A stretch of DNA of 64,000 nucleotides from Octopus sinensis (GCF_006345805.1 NC_043004.1:86428001-86492000), one strand, 5' to 3'. Numbered from the stretch's first letter, positions 27,420 to 39,936 are shown. The notes: generated by a model from the letters alone, not told the origin. Numbers and translations: made by a program.

Positions 27420-28987
27420 CATTTGAAGAGGCCAGGATAATGCATGCAAGACTCGAGAGATTATAATTGGTTGTGCTGTAATTGCTTAGCCTCAGGTCAG
27501 CCCAGATTAAGTAGACATATTATAATGAAATGTGTTCCAGCTGTAGAAACTCTGCCAAATCAAGATTGAAGCCTGGTGCAGCCATCTGGTTCGCCAGCCC
27601 TCAGTCAAAATCGTCCAACATATGCTAGCATGGAAAGTGGACGTTAAACGATGATAATGATGTGTTCCAGCCATGACCATCCTTGTAAAGATTATCTTAT
27701 TCAGTGTCCTTTCTCCTCTTTTTGTTTTAAAACAATAGGCTGTAATTTAAAGGAGATTTGACTGCTATTTCTAGGAGGTCATGTGACCATTAGAGGTTCC
27801 TTAATGAGCTTGTCTTTTCTAATTCTAGTTGTAGTTTATGCCTCAGGTGTCTTTATCTGTCAGTTTACCTCCAAGATTTTCACTTAACATTGTTTCCTGG
27901 CTGTCCCTTATCTCTCTTATATTAAGGAGTCTTTATTAAGCGTCCTGATTATGATATTTTATTTAAGTCCCCCCCCCCCCCGAATACGTGTCTAATATTT
28001 AGCTTTGTTATTTCATTTTACTCTTTTACTTGTTTTAGTCACTAGATTGTGGCCATGCTGGGGCACCACCTTAAAGAATTTTAGTTGAATGAATCAATTC
28101 CAGTCTTTAATTTTATTTTTTTTAAACCTGGTACTTATTCTATCAGGCCCCTTTACTGAACTGCTAAGTTATGGGTACATAAACTCATCAATATTAATTG
28201 TCAAACAGCAGTTGGGCACAAACATAAACACACACACACATTCACACACACACATCCATACACAAATATATATACAACAGGCTTCTTTTCAGTTTCCATC
28301 TATAAAATCCACTCACAAGGTTTTCCTTGGCCCAAGGTTATTGTAGAAGACACTTGCCCGAAGTTCCTCACAGTGGGACTGAACCTGTAACCATATGATT
28401 GGGAAGCAAGCTTCTTACCACACAGCCACTCAGCGTAGTCTTTTGTATCAGTTTTAATCACAGGTTGTGGTTGCTCACAGGATTTGGCCCTTGGACATGT
28501 AGAACCATTAAATATATTGTTTAGCTTCAGATCATCTCTGACATACAATGATGTTCCAGCTGAGACCATTCTTTCATTTTATATATTAGCGACTGAGATA
28601 GTAGGGTAGCTTTTAAGGCTGATTGAGCTGTTATTTCTAGCAGGTTGAAACACTGCTTGTATAGTGGCTCACTCAATGGCACCAGCCGCCCCTCTCATTG
28701 GTTCAGTAATCTATAAACCTGTGTTAATGCAGGCTCTCCCTCACTTTCTTCATTACTCTCAGTCTTGTCTTCTATATTTAGGAGAATTATCTTGAGAAAA
28801 TGGAGATATAGCATTAATATAATTCATTATTTGCAGAAATCCAACATATTCTCTTACAGCTGTTTCAATTAAGCCTAAAAGGTTAAATTACAATAATTAA
28901 ATCATTATATTAGGCAAAATCTCATCAGAAGAGTAAAAAATATATACCATTAAGTTATTAGGTGTTGTGTTTTCGAATCATCTCAGC

Positions 28988-29031
<44 letters not shown>

Positions 29032-29163
29032 CATTCTTTAGCAGGTAAAAATACTGACATTGTTTATTTATATTTTCAATCTGGATCTGTAAGTAGGCAT
29101 CTGTGTTGGCTCTTTTTAGAAGCTGTGAAGTTACCAAGAAAAACGACTGCCTCTGATGAAAGA

Positions 29164-29217
29164 TCAATGTCCTGTCTGTTTCAATTTCTCCATAAGCTGA
29201 TTAATTCTGTCATTCAC
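29164..29217 (-). CDS. Candidate terminal coding exon of minus-strand gene 2 (VNDRINQLMEKLKQTGH*)
   Basis: Acceptor gtgttag|GTG in phase 0, helical-looking peptide, TGA, and AATAAA ~95 nt downstream (29063-29068). Confidence 0.45.
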   Translation of the reverse strand: MNDRINQLMEKLKQTGH

Positions 29218-29565
29218 CTAACACTTGTTGTAAACCAGTACAATAAAACTGAAAATTACAAATGGCTAAATAAACTATTGTAACTCATTTTGAGATAACT
29301 TACATCTAAAATGCATTTTCTGTATTTTGTGTGTATCGATGCTCAAGTTCGTTGATGTGTGTAAGCATGTGTTTATATTATGAAAAATCTTTTCTCATAG
29401 ATATTGTCATTAATCATTGTCATATTATATCAGTATGTTTTTTTTTTTTTCATGCTTTCATGAGTTGGACAAGTTGTCATGGTCCATGTCATCTTACACA
29501 AAGAAAATCTTCTCACTTTGGTGTTGTGTATGTTTTACAGCGTGGACTGGGTATGGGATTTGTAC

Positions 29566-29643
<78 letters not shown>

Positions 29644-29689
29644 TATGTTGGTGCAAACAGGGAAAATAGAACTCAAAATATGAGTATGT

Positions 29690-30400
29690 ATCATCATCAT
29701 CATCGTTTAACGTCCACTTTCCATGCTGACATGGGTTGGGCAGTTTGACCGAGGGCTGGCGAGCCAGGAGGCTGAACCAGGCTCCAGTCTGATCTGGCAA
29801 GGTTTCTAAAGCTGGATGCCCTTCCTAAGCCAACCACTGAGTGTAGTGGGTGCTTTTTATGGGGGCAAGTTAGGCAGCACTAGCATCAACCATGGTGCTT
29901 CTTACATGCCACCGACACGGGGGCCAGTCAAGCAGCAATGGCATTGACCACGCTCAAATAGTGTTTTTTATGTGCCACTAGCATTGGCATTGGCCATGAC
30001 CACGATTTCACTTGACTCAACAGGTCTTCTCAAGTATAACATATTGCCCCAACAATTGAAGGATACTTTTAAACAGGCCAGTTATGTGACAGTGGCATCA
30101 ATCGCGGTTACAAGCTGACTTGGTTTGCCCGGTCTTCTAAACTATAGCATATCTCCAAAGGTCTCGGTCGCTTGTCATTGCTTCTGTGAAGCCCAATGTT
30201 CGAAGATCGTGCTCCATCACTTCACCTCCTGTCTTCCTGGGTCTACCTCTTTCACAAGTTCCCTCCACTGTTAGGGTGCGACACTTCTTCACACAACTAT
30301 CCTCATCCATACACAACACATGACCATACCAACGCAGTTGTCTCTCTAGCACACCACATCTGATGCTTCATATGTCCAACTGTTCTCTCAGGGTGCTTAC
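29690..30400 (-). mobile_element. 5'-truncated RTE LINE: ORF2 C-terminus, 3' UTR and (GAT)n tail
   Basis: RQLRWYGHVLCMDEDSCVKKC...GRPRKT...DRDLWRYA, continuous with the family B tail; shows that family B derives from this LINE's 3' end. Confidence 0.9.
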
Positions 30401-30417
30401 ACTCTGAATATTTTTAT

Positions 30418-30537
30418 TAATATTTAGCAGAAGTAACAAAGTGACAAAACGTCTGAGAGTTTCATGCATTAGCACTTAAATGCCAATGCATGAAACTCTC
30501 AGACTTTGAGTCACTCAGTTACTTCTGCTAAATATTA
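30418..30537. repeat. 120-bp fold-back (palindromic MITE-like) element
   Basis: Two perfect 20-bp arm pairs (30418-30437/30518-30537 and 30451-30470/30485-30504) plus gtgac/gtcac; single-arm relatives at ~9720-9765, ~11572-11615 and ~26605-26655. Confidence 0.85.
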
Positions 30538-32239
30538 TTAAAAGTGTGTGTGTGTTTGCAGGTGTGACTGTGTGCTTGAGAAGCTTGCTTCCCAACCATA
30601 CGGCCTTGCGGTCAGTCGCACTGCACGGCATTTTGGTCAAGTGTCTTCTATTATAGCCCCAGGCCAACCAAAGCCTTGTGAGTGGGTTTGTTTGAGGGAA
30701 ACTGAAAGTAACCCATCATGTGTGTGTTAGTGTATGCCTTTGTTTAGACATCATGTGATAATTGTAAATGAGCATTATTGTCATACAAGTGAGGTTGTTT
30801 CTTTCTTGTCTTCTGTTGAAAACGTGTCTAACTGTGGGGAAGTATTATTTTTACTTGGAAACAGGTGAAGATTGTTGACAGGAAGGGCATCTGGACATAG
30901 AAAATCTGTCTCAACAAGTTCTCTCTGACTCATGTAAGCTCCAATAGTACAATAGTCAGTCAAACATGTCTGATTGCTGTACAGCAGAGCAGGAAACTTA
31001 TAGCAACTTACATTTATATCTCGTGTTTATTAAATAATGTATGTGTTCCTTTACATCTGCCACTCATTTATTTGAAAGTCACAAGTTCATCTATTCTGTT
31101 AGAATTTCTTCTGTCAATATATAGCTCACTTGATTCATGCTCTCCAAGTCATTTGGAATAAGAAATTCTTTGAAAAACTGGATGTGCCAGGAAGGCTCAA
31201 GAACATTCCTTCTGTCTTAGGAGTAAAAGTATATATATATATTTATATATATATATATATATACTAAATACAATATATGCTTTCGTGCTATTATGTTATT
31301 AGCAATAGTGGAAGACACTTGCTCAAGGTGCCACATAATGGAACTGAGCCTGAAACCATGTGGTTGCAAAGTGACCTGCATCACACAGCCATGCCTGTGC
31401 ATACGTTAATAGAACGAGAGCATTGAATGCAGACAATGCATAAATGCTGGGAAGAAATGAAGAGAGCATTCCTCATTGAATGTGTAACAGTAGGGTGTAG
31501 TAATGCTGTAGTGCAAGTGAGATGATAGAAAAACACAAGCTTCAGCAGAACATGCCATGGTATATTTTATCGTTTATTTGTTTTTATCTGCAGTTTCCTA
31601 AAACAACAACAGAATGGGTGTAAATTGTGCTTCAAGTTGCAAACACAATAAAGGGAGAAAAATGTCTGGCTGAATCCAGCCATGCTAAAGTGTTTTCAAT
31701 TGATTGGGTATTTGGAGGGGACTTCCAATAGAAAATAGAATAATGTATTACTCGCACTCCTATTTTAGTGTTAAGTCTTGGTACAGAATATTTTCCTTTC
31801 ACAGTTGTAGCTTTAACCCTGGTATAAGTCATCATCATTTAACATCTGCTTTCCATGCTCACATGGGTTGGACAATTTGACTGAGGACTGGCAAACCGGA
31901 TGGCTGCACCAGGCTCCAATCTTGATCTGGCAGAGTTTCTACAGCTGGATTCCCTTCCTAACACCAACCACTCCAAGAGTGTAGTGGGTGCTTTTACGTG
32001 CCACCACTCCAAATTTTCAGTTAAAATTATATATAAAACAGTGCAACTTACGCATAAGTAAATATGGTAATTCTAACAACTATAAGTTTGCCTCTTAAAA
32101 CTTTGATTGAAGCTCAGCTTACATCATCACTTTGCCATTCTGTATCTCTGGCTTGTGTATTTATTTTTCTTTTTTTTGTGGAGTGTTGGGTTAATTAATA
32201 CCAATTAAATAAATAACAATTTATTTTCTTTTTCAACAG

Positions 32240-32294
32240 GAATTAAATATGTTTTTAACTTTGACACATCTGGAATAGAAAGTAGATATTAAAG
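32240..32294 (+). other. Exon-like segment on the plus strand (all frames closed; UTR or non-coding)
   Basis: ttattttctttttcaacag| 55 nt |gtaagt: strong acceptor and donor. Confidence 0.45.
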
Positions 32295-32512
32295 GTAAGT
32301 GTGATTTTTATTGATTTAGTTTTTATCGTTCTTAGAAATGGGAACTTTTGTTAATTCCTTAAGCCAACAGAGAAAATCCTTGAGTAACCTGAGTGACAGA
32401 TATAAAAGAAGTTCAGGTACAATAAAATTATATATGGTATGTGTGTGTCTCAGTATAATAGCTGATAAAGGTTGGTTCATTTGCCCATCATATGACAGGT
32501 TACACTCTAGTG

Positions 32513-32854
32513 CAGAGGTTCTCAAACTTTTTGGACCACCACCCCCACTCATGGCCACATAATACCCTCAGCGTCCCCACCCCTATTTTTATGTATAAAT
32601 GCATATTTTATATTTTACTAATTTATATATATTATGAATCATTTCATATTTAATATAATATTATATAATTTGAATACAATACTATAATAATATTATAATA
32701 AATTCATAGCGTACCCCAATCCACTGCCTTCCTCGCAACTCCTCCTTTTTCTCTACTGCCCCCACTTCCACCTTAGGCACTAGCGCCCACCTGGACCATC
32801 TTCAACGCCCACAGGGGGTGGAGGGGGCAGTAGTAGCCACTTTGAGAACATATG
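32513..32854. mobile_element. hAT MITE
   Basis: cagaggttctcaaact ... actttgagaacatatg; 8-bp TSD ctctagtg/ctctagcg. Confidence 0.85.
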
Positions 32855-33111
32855 CTCTAGCGCATCATCATCATCATCATTTAACATCTATTTTCCATGC
32901 TAGCATGGGTTAGATGGTTTGATTGGAACTGGTAAACTGGAGAGCTGCACCAGGCTCCAGCCATCTGTTTTGGCTTGGTTTCTACAGCTGGATGCCCTTC
33001 CTAACACCAACCACGTGTGCTGTGTGTTTTTACATGTCACCAGCACTGGTACCAACCACAATTCATTTAGCTTGACATGTTGGGGGGACAAACAGACACA
33101 CAAACATATAT

Positions 33112-33164
<53 letters not shown>

Positions 33165-33333
33165 TACGACGGGCTTCTTTCAGTTTCCGTCTACCAAATC
33201 CACTCACAAGGCTTTGGTCGGCCCAAGGCTATAGTAGAAGACACTTGCCCAAGGTGCCACAGAGTGGGACTGAACCCAGAACCATGTGGTTGGTAAGCAA
33301 GCTACTTACCACACAGCCACTCCTGCGCCTATA

Positions 33334-33373
<40 letters not shown>

Positions 33374-33775
33374 GGTATGTAGAAAAATACAACATGGACA
33401 AGAACGTATAACTCTAGAAGACGACACAATAAACACGGACAGGACACTCGAAACCCTCAGTCTTCAGTCAAGAACCGGATCATCGTAGTAATTTCGGCAC
33501 ACACACACACACATACACTTATGTGTATGAGTATGTGTGTAACTACCTCCTTGCCTTGACTTCACAAGATAGTTGTACATGAGTGTCACCATCATGATGC
33601 AAGCAATGTCTTCCATTTTCAATCTTCCATGAAAACATGTCAGGTTATGGGGAAACAGGTGAGGGTTGGCAACAGGAAGGCCATTCAGTCATAGAAAAAT
33701 CCAACTCAACAAATTCCATCCGGCCCATGCATGCATGGAAAAGTGGATATTTTAACATGGTTGGTGATATATTAC

Positions 33776-33830
33776 CAAATCTAGATAATGAACAGTATCA
33801 CATAGAGGAAGTCTAGATAATTCTGTATTC
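33776..33830 (-). CDS. Candidate internal exon of gene 2 (NTELSRLPLCDTVHYLDL)
   Basis: Acceptor tttatttatttattttag|, donor TTG|gtaata; only the phase 2-to-0 frame is open. Confidence 0.3.
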
Positions 33831-34553
33831 CTAAAATAAATAAATAAATAAAGGAATTAATGAAAAAATTATAAGAAAAAGAAACAAAAAAGCAAAACAA
33901 AGATGAAAGAAAATGAATATCCTGAGAACTCCTTGATAATCAATGTATCGATAATTGATCATTAGCATATCTGTATGCTGTTTGTATACTAATGAGTTAA
34001 TGTTTATTAGTATTCATGATAGGATAACTACTTCAATGAATTTGTCTTATGAGATCTAACTACAGGATGATCAGCTAATTAAATTAAATCTATTAGGATT
34101 CCTGCAAGTGATCATATTAGCACAGTGGTCAAGCATACATTTTTTTTTGTGTGTATCCTGCTAAAAAGAGAAAAAAAGAAGCTAAATGCTGAGCTGATGA
34201 AGTATTGGGCTACCTGTTCATGATTTATGAATTCAAATCCCTATTAACTAGGCTCTTAGCTGTTGTGGGTAGATGCCAGATTTTCTCAAAAAAAAAAAAA
34301 GGTTAATGAGGTCAATCACCTTTGATAATGAAAAGTCATGGACATCATCACCATCATCATTTTGCTTTTACAACCACTTTTTCCATGCTGCCATCGTTTT
34401 GGCAACACTTCTTGAAGCAGTGTTTTATAGTTGGATGCCTTCTTGGTACTAATCCTTACACGTTTTCGAGTAAGGTATGCATTGAAACACTGAGCTGTAG
34501 AACAAATGTTACCACAACGCAAGTGGTGTCTATGTAGAGACAAACACATATAG

Positions 34554-34584
<31 letters not shown>

Positions 34585-35164
34585 GTTTTTGTACAGTTTC
34601 TGTCCACCAAAATTCATTCACAAAGCATTGGTCAACCCAGGAACTATAAGTGAGAGAAATACAAACACATGAAACAGGTGATAGTTGTCAAGACAGTGGT
34701 ATATATGCAGGCATGGCTGTGTGGTTAAGAAGTTTACTTCCCAACCTTGTAGTCTTGGGGTCAGCTGACTGCATGGTACCCTAAGCAAGTGTCTCTTGCT
34801 AAAGCCTTGGATTAACCAAGGCCTTATCTGTTGAGTTAGTAGATGGAAACTAAAAAATGCCCATTGTGTGTGTGTGTGTGTGCATGTTCTTGTTTAGACA
34901 TCATGTGATGGTTGTAAATGAACATCACCATCATCATCATACAAATGAGACTGCTTGTTTCCAGTCTTCTGTGTAAAACACGTCTGGCCATGGGGAAATA
35001 TTACCTTGGAAACAGGTGGGAGTTGGCAGCAGGAAGAAAATCTGCCTGAACAAATCCCATCTGGCTTGTGCAAGCATGGAAAAGTGGATGTTAAATTATG
35101 ATAAGGACAATCACAACAACAGCGATATATGAAAGGATTGTTGGTTGCAAAGTGATTTTATCAG

Positions 35165-35287
35165 ATCAAAGATATTTATTGCTCATGACCTAAAAACAGC
35201 AGATCAAAAGCAAAATAAAAACTCCAGTTCACACCCTTCTGTTTCTGAAAAACAGACTGGACAGTTGAGGCTGGAATATCTTTCATC
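35165..35287 (+). CDS. Candidate plus-strand symmetric exon (SKIFIAHDLKTADQKQNKNSSSHPSVSEKQTGQLRLEYLS)
   Basis: ttttatcag| 123 nt |gtaagt, open in phase 2-to-2; no partner exon established. Confidence 0.3.
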
Positions 35288-35639
35288 GTAAGTCTGTTCA
35301 GTCAGGACTGACTTGGTGGTAAGTACTATCTATAAACTCTATAAAAAAGCTATTTTACTTCCTCCAACATATGCCAGTGAAAACTGTCAACTCGTCTATG
35401 GCAGCATATGTTGCATGGGTCAGCTCCTGCTTGGTACCTCACTGCATGTCATCTAGTACACACACATACACACACCAAAAGAGAAAACTGCTAATTCCTT
35501 TTGTATGGCAAGTAGGTTTGTTTTTTTACAGTATGAAGTATAGACTGAGTGCAGTTTATCATATTACTGCCACTAGAGAGATTGTCTGGACAGGACTAAG
35601 GAGTTCCCTCTAGTCTTATTATGTTGAGTTACTGTCGTG

Positions 35640-36530
35640 CTGAGCTGGCAGAATCATTAGTGCATCCAACAAACTGCTAAGTAGCATTTCCTCCAACATG
35701 TTATGTTCTGAGTTCAAATCCCACTGAGGCTAACTATACCTGTTTATCCTTTCAGGGTTCCTAAGGGGTTACCTACCTCTTCCATCAAAACTATTGGCCT
35801 TCTGCTAAAATTAGAAACCATTTTTATCAACTTTGCCCTTCATCTTTTCAGGGTCGATGAAATAAGTACCAGTCATGTGCTAGGATCAATGTAATCAACT
35901 AGTTCTCTCCTTATAAATTCCAGGCTTTGTGCCTATTGTAGAAAGGATTATTATTATTGTTACCAGCATTTCATCTGGTTCCAAGTTCAAATTCTGCTGA
36001 GGTCAACTTTGCTTTTCATCCTTTTACATCAGTAAGTTCCAGTTGAGCACTGGGTTCACTGTAATCAGCTTACCCCTTCCCTCAAACTTTCAGGCCTTGT
36101 TTGTGCCTGTAGTAGAAAGGATTATTATTATTGTTGCTGTTGTGAAGGCAGCAAGCTAGCACATCAAGTGAAATGCTTAGTGGTATTTCGTCTGCCACTA
36201 TGTTCTGAGGTCAACTTTGCCTTTCATCCTTTCGCAGTCAATAAAATAAGTACCAGTTGAACACTGGGGTTGATGTAATTGACTGATTCCCTCCCCCAAA
36301 ACTACTGCCCTTGTAGCAAAATTTAAGCCCATTATTGTTATTGTTGTTGTTGTTGTGGAGAGCTGGCAGAATCATTAGTGCATCAGAGAAAATGCTTAAT
36401 ATTTCCTCCTGAGTTCATATCCCTCCAAGGTCAAGTATGCCTTCCATCCTTCCAGGATCAATAAAATAAAGTAACAGTCAAGTACTGCACTCATTGTAAT
36501 CAACATGTCCCCACCTCCTCAAAATTGCTG
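35640..36530 (+). mobile_element. Stack of about five head-to-tail family C SINE monomers
   Basis: Repeated ctgagttcaaat..ctgaggtcaac..tttcatcc..aagtaccag units separated by (att)n/(gtt)n tails. Confidence 0.8.
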
Positions 36531-36565
36531 CTGTCCTATATGTTCTGCACTTTGTTACAGCTTAC

Positions 36566-36666
36566 ATGTCTCTTGTATTCCTTCTTCCTTTTGTTCGTTG
36601 GAGGCATGGTAGTGCAGATCCCAAATCACCAATAATCCAAGACCACCATTCAGCAAGCAGATTTTT
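36566..36666 (-). CDS. Candidate internal exon of gene 2 (KNLLAEWWSWIIGDLGSALPCLQRTKGRRNTRD)
   Basis: Acceptor caatttcctgtacag|, donor CAT|gtaagc, open in phase 0-to-2 (a second frame is also open). Confidence 0.3.
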
Positions 36667-37314
36667 CTGTACAGGAAATTGATGTGAAGAAGACATTCAC
36701 TATTTAATGTGTTGCTGTTTTCATGATAATTCGTCTAAGACACTATTATCAATGACTTGCAATGGAGACTATTGTCAAATACATCAAACAGCACACGAGA
36801 ATTGAAGCAGTATGTGTAATTCTGCACAGTGTATATGTGTGTGTAGATGCAATTTGGTACGTATATAGCATAGCCATGTGGTTAAGAAGTTTGCCTCCCA
36901 TCCACATGGCTTGGGTTCAATCTCACTGCATAGCACCTTGGGCAAGTATATTGAGAAGCTTCATTGTTCAGCACTATAGCATAATTTTGCTTTTGTCTAA
37001 AATTGGTATTTATGACGTATAGCCTCATATAGCTGGGATTGTTTTATACAAATTTGGACATTTGAGCCATTATGACGGGAGGTGGTGGTACTTAAATACT
37101 GCAGGATGTCCCACTTACTGTTAACCACTTGACTGTGAAGTGAGAGTGGAGCCTATTTATGTCATGTAAAATCCTTGTTACATTCAAATAAAATGCTGCA
37201 GTTGGGGGAATTCCTTTGGCTGAGTTGGCCTCACCAAAAGGACAGAATGTAAGGAAGTGTAATACTAAGAGTAACATCACCAGAAAGAAGCATCAAAGTT
37301 TTTGAGATACCACT

Positions 37315-37700
37315 TCACTTAATTCCTTCATTCCCCCAGGGACACAGACCATGGACAATGTACCTTCACTCTTCTCAATGATGGTCTATCTTTTCTGCTT
37401 TTCTCCAGTTGAATCTGCTTGTCCTTCTAGCTTCCTTTAGAATTTTGCTGCCTTGTCATCGGTTTCTTTAAGGGAAGGTCTTCCTCTCCCAAGTCTTGTT
37501 GGCTTTGAATTGTCGGCAATGCTTCTGTAACTTTGCATTTTTCTAGGTAGGGGTGTTGTCCCTACAAAATCCAATTTTTACTTCAGGAAAGAGGTTACCC
37601 ACATTAGTCTGACCTCCATTTTTTGACCTGTCTAGTATGAAAGGCTCTATCAAGAGCTTGATCTCTGCTGGCATAGCCCTCAGTCAATGAGGTATCCAAG
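37315..37700 (-). mobile_element. Internally deleted RTE-type element (5' UTR joined to 3' tail)
   Basis: RTE-like 5' wording (gctatgccagcagagatcaagctc) and 3' end ...tgtgtccctgggggaatgaaggaattaagtgaagtg. Confidence 0.5.
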
Positions 37701-38014
37701 CTATTACACTGCAACAAGGACAGGACTTGTGGTTTTGAATTATAATTCCACCTAAATGAGCGTAACTATGGGACCTTCTAGATTAACAAAACAATTGGCG
37801 AAAGAAAATAAGGAATTGTTGCCACTCTTTTACTCCTTTACTTGTTTCAGTCATTTCATTGTGACCATGATGGAGCACTGCCTTGAAGGGCTTTAGTTGA
37901 GCAAATCAATCCCAGAACTTACTTTTTAAGCATAGTACTTATTCTATTGGTCTCTTTTACCAAACCACTAAGTTATGGGGGATGTAAACACACCAACAAT
38001 GGTTGTCAAGTGAA

Positions 38015-38510
38015 GCCAGGATTTTCTATACTTGTCTGGAATCTGACAGTGTTGATAGCCCAGAACTGAAGTGGAGATTAATATGTCGCCTTCATGATGC
38101 TGTGAGTCGAAAGTGGCCAAATTTGTGGGCAGCAAAGAATTGGCGACTTCACCACAACGATACACCTGCTCATTCCGCCCACATCATCCAAGCTTTCTGG
38201 TCAAAAACAACATACCATTTGTTCAACTCTTTTGACTTGGCACTGTATGATTTCTGGCTCGTCCCCTATATGAAAACCATACTGGAAGGGAAGCAATTTG
38301 AGTCACGAGGGGAAATTATGAGAAAAGCAACAGCAGATCTCCATATAATTCCAGAGGTGTTACCAGCAGTGGCAGAACTGCTGGAAGAAGTGTGTGAATT
38401 CTTGAGGAGCCTATTTTGAAGGTGATTAAATAAAATTTGTGAAATGAGCAAAATTGGGATGTTTTTTTTCTTTTATGCTTAAAGGTTGGATACTTTTTGA
38501 ACAAACCTTG
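38015..38510 (+). mobile_element. Mariner transposase 3' half (pseudogene) with right TIR
   Basis: RLHDAVSRKWPNLWAAKNWRLHHNDTPAHS...DLALYDFWLVPYMKTILEGKQFES matches mariner HHDNAPAH and DLAPCDFWLFP motifs; ends ggatactttttgaacaaaccttg followed by TA. Confidence 0.9.
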
Positions 38511-38557
38511 TACACACAATACATACATGGCAATTAACAATAAAGTGTGTGTGCATG

Positions 38558-38607
<50 letters not shown>

Positions 38608-38794
38608 AAGGTGTGGCTTTGTGATAAGCTCCATTCTTCTGTGGCATGTCTGGTCTTGTAGAAATGTTACCTTACTTAGAAATAAGTTAGGAAGGGCATC
38701 TGACCCTAGAAAATTTGCTTCAGCAAATTCTGCCCAAACCATGTGAGCATGGAAAAGAGGATGATGATCATTTTATATATATATATATCATCAT

Positions 38795-39140
38795 CATCAT
38801 TTAGTGTCCGCTTTCCATGCTAGCATGGGCTGGACGGTTCAACTGGGGTCTGTGAAGCCAGAAGGCTGCATCAGGCCCAGTCTGATCTGGCAGTGTTTCT
38901 ACGGTTGGATGCCCTTCCTAACGCCAACCACTCTGTGAGTGTAGTGGGTGCTTTTTACGTGCCACCCGCACAGGTGCCAGACGGAGCTGGCAAACGGCCA
39001 CGAACGGATGGTGCTTTTACGTGCCACCGGCACGGGGGCCAGGCGTGGCTGGCAACGGACACGAACGGATGGTGCTTTTACGTGCCACCGGCACGGGGGC
39101 CAGGCGAGGCTGGCAATGGACACGAGCGGATGGTGCTTTT
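38795..39140 (-). mobile_element. Family B repeat with internal 61-bp tandem array (~3.2 units, 38947-39140)
   Basis: cgaacggatggtgcttttacg recurs at 39001, 39062 and 39123. Confidence 0.9.
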
Positions 39141-39868
39141 AGAGAGAGAGAGATTCAAAAGCTTTTTTTATATACACCAGGTTTTAGCACTGATAGCAAG
39201 GACTTAGCTAAAGTGAACAAATAGATCCCTCCTTGGTTAAAGTTGACAAATAGATCCTTTCATTTGGAAGTCAAGTAAATGGAGGGCTCCACCAGGTGGC
39301 TGTGTTTCACTGAAGCTGTTTGGCCTCTCCGACTTGAGCAAGTCTTTGCCTGAGCTTTATAGCATTAAATCATTTGAAACATGGTTAGCAGAATTCCAAT
39401 CTATTTCTTGTTTCAGCATCCTTTGAACATGTACGACTGACTGCTTTTAAGAGAATTAACATCCTCTTGGCATTTGTTTAAAATATGTGAAACAATATGC
39501 ATATCGAAAGATATCCAGAACAAAATAGCAGCGATAGTATTAACAATGAATAAAGAAATGTAAAAATTGTAACAGTATGAAAATTAGAAATTTATATGTC
39601 ATTTAAATGCTAAAGCAACGTCTGAATTACCATGTGTGTGTTTCTGTGTGTCTATACACGCACACACATATTCTTTGATTCTTTTACTTGTTTCAGTCAT
39701 TAGACTGTAGCCATACTAGAGCACCAACTTAAAATGTTTTTGTCAAACAATTCAACCCCAGGTCTTATTTTTAAACCTACTACTTATTCTATTGGTCTCG
39801 ACAAACCGCTAAGTTACAGGGATGTAAACACATCAACACCAGTTGTCAAGCAATGATGAGAGGAGACA

Positions 39869-39936
39869 GCTGTTTAGCTTAATGGTCAGGACACTCAACC
39901 AGTCTCAGGGATGCGGGGTTCAACTCCCCATAGCGA
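39869..39936 (+). pseudogene. Degenerate tRNA-like sequence (Pol III A and B boxes)
   Basis: TAGCTTAATGG (A box), GGTTCAACTCC (B box), GGGG/CCCC T-stem, gctgt/atagc acceptor stem; the anticodon arm does not pair. Confidence 0.45.

Noticed and set aside
29122-29166. Selenocysteine read-through of the TGA ending candidate gene 2
   Set aside because: No redox-motif context and no SECIS-like structure seen downstream.
32240-32294. IKYVFNFD as a DEAD-box helicase motif V region
   Set aside because: The frame stops eight residues later, with no HRIGR and no other helicase exons.
39247-39426. Plus-strand open frame IDPFIWKSSKWRAPPGG...ETWLAEFQ
   Set aside because: No convincing acceptor or donor and no recognisable motif; frames of this length are expected by chance in 64 kb.
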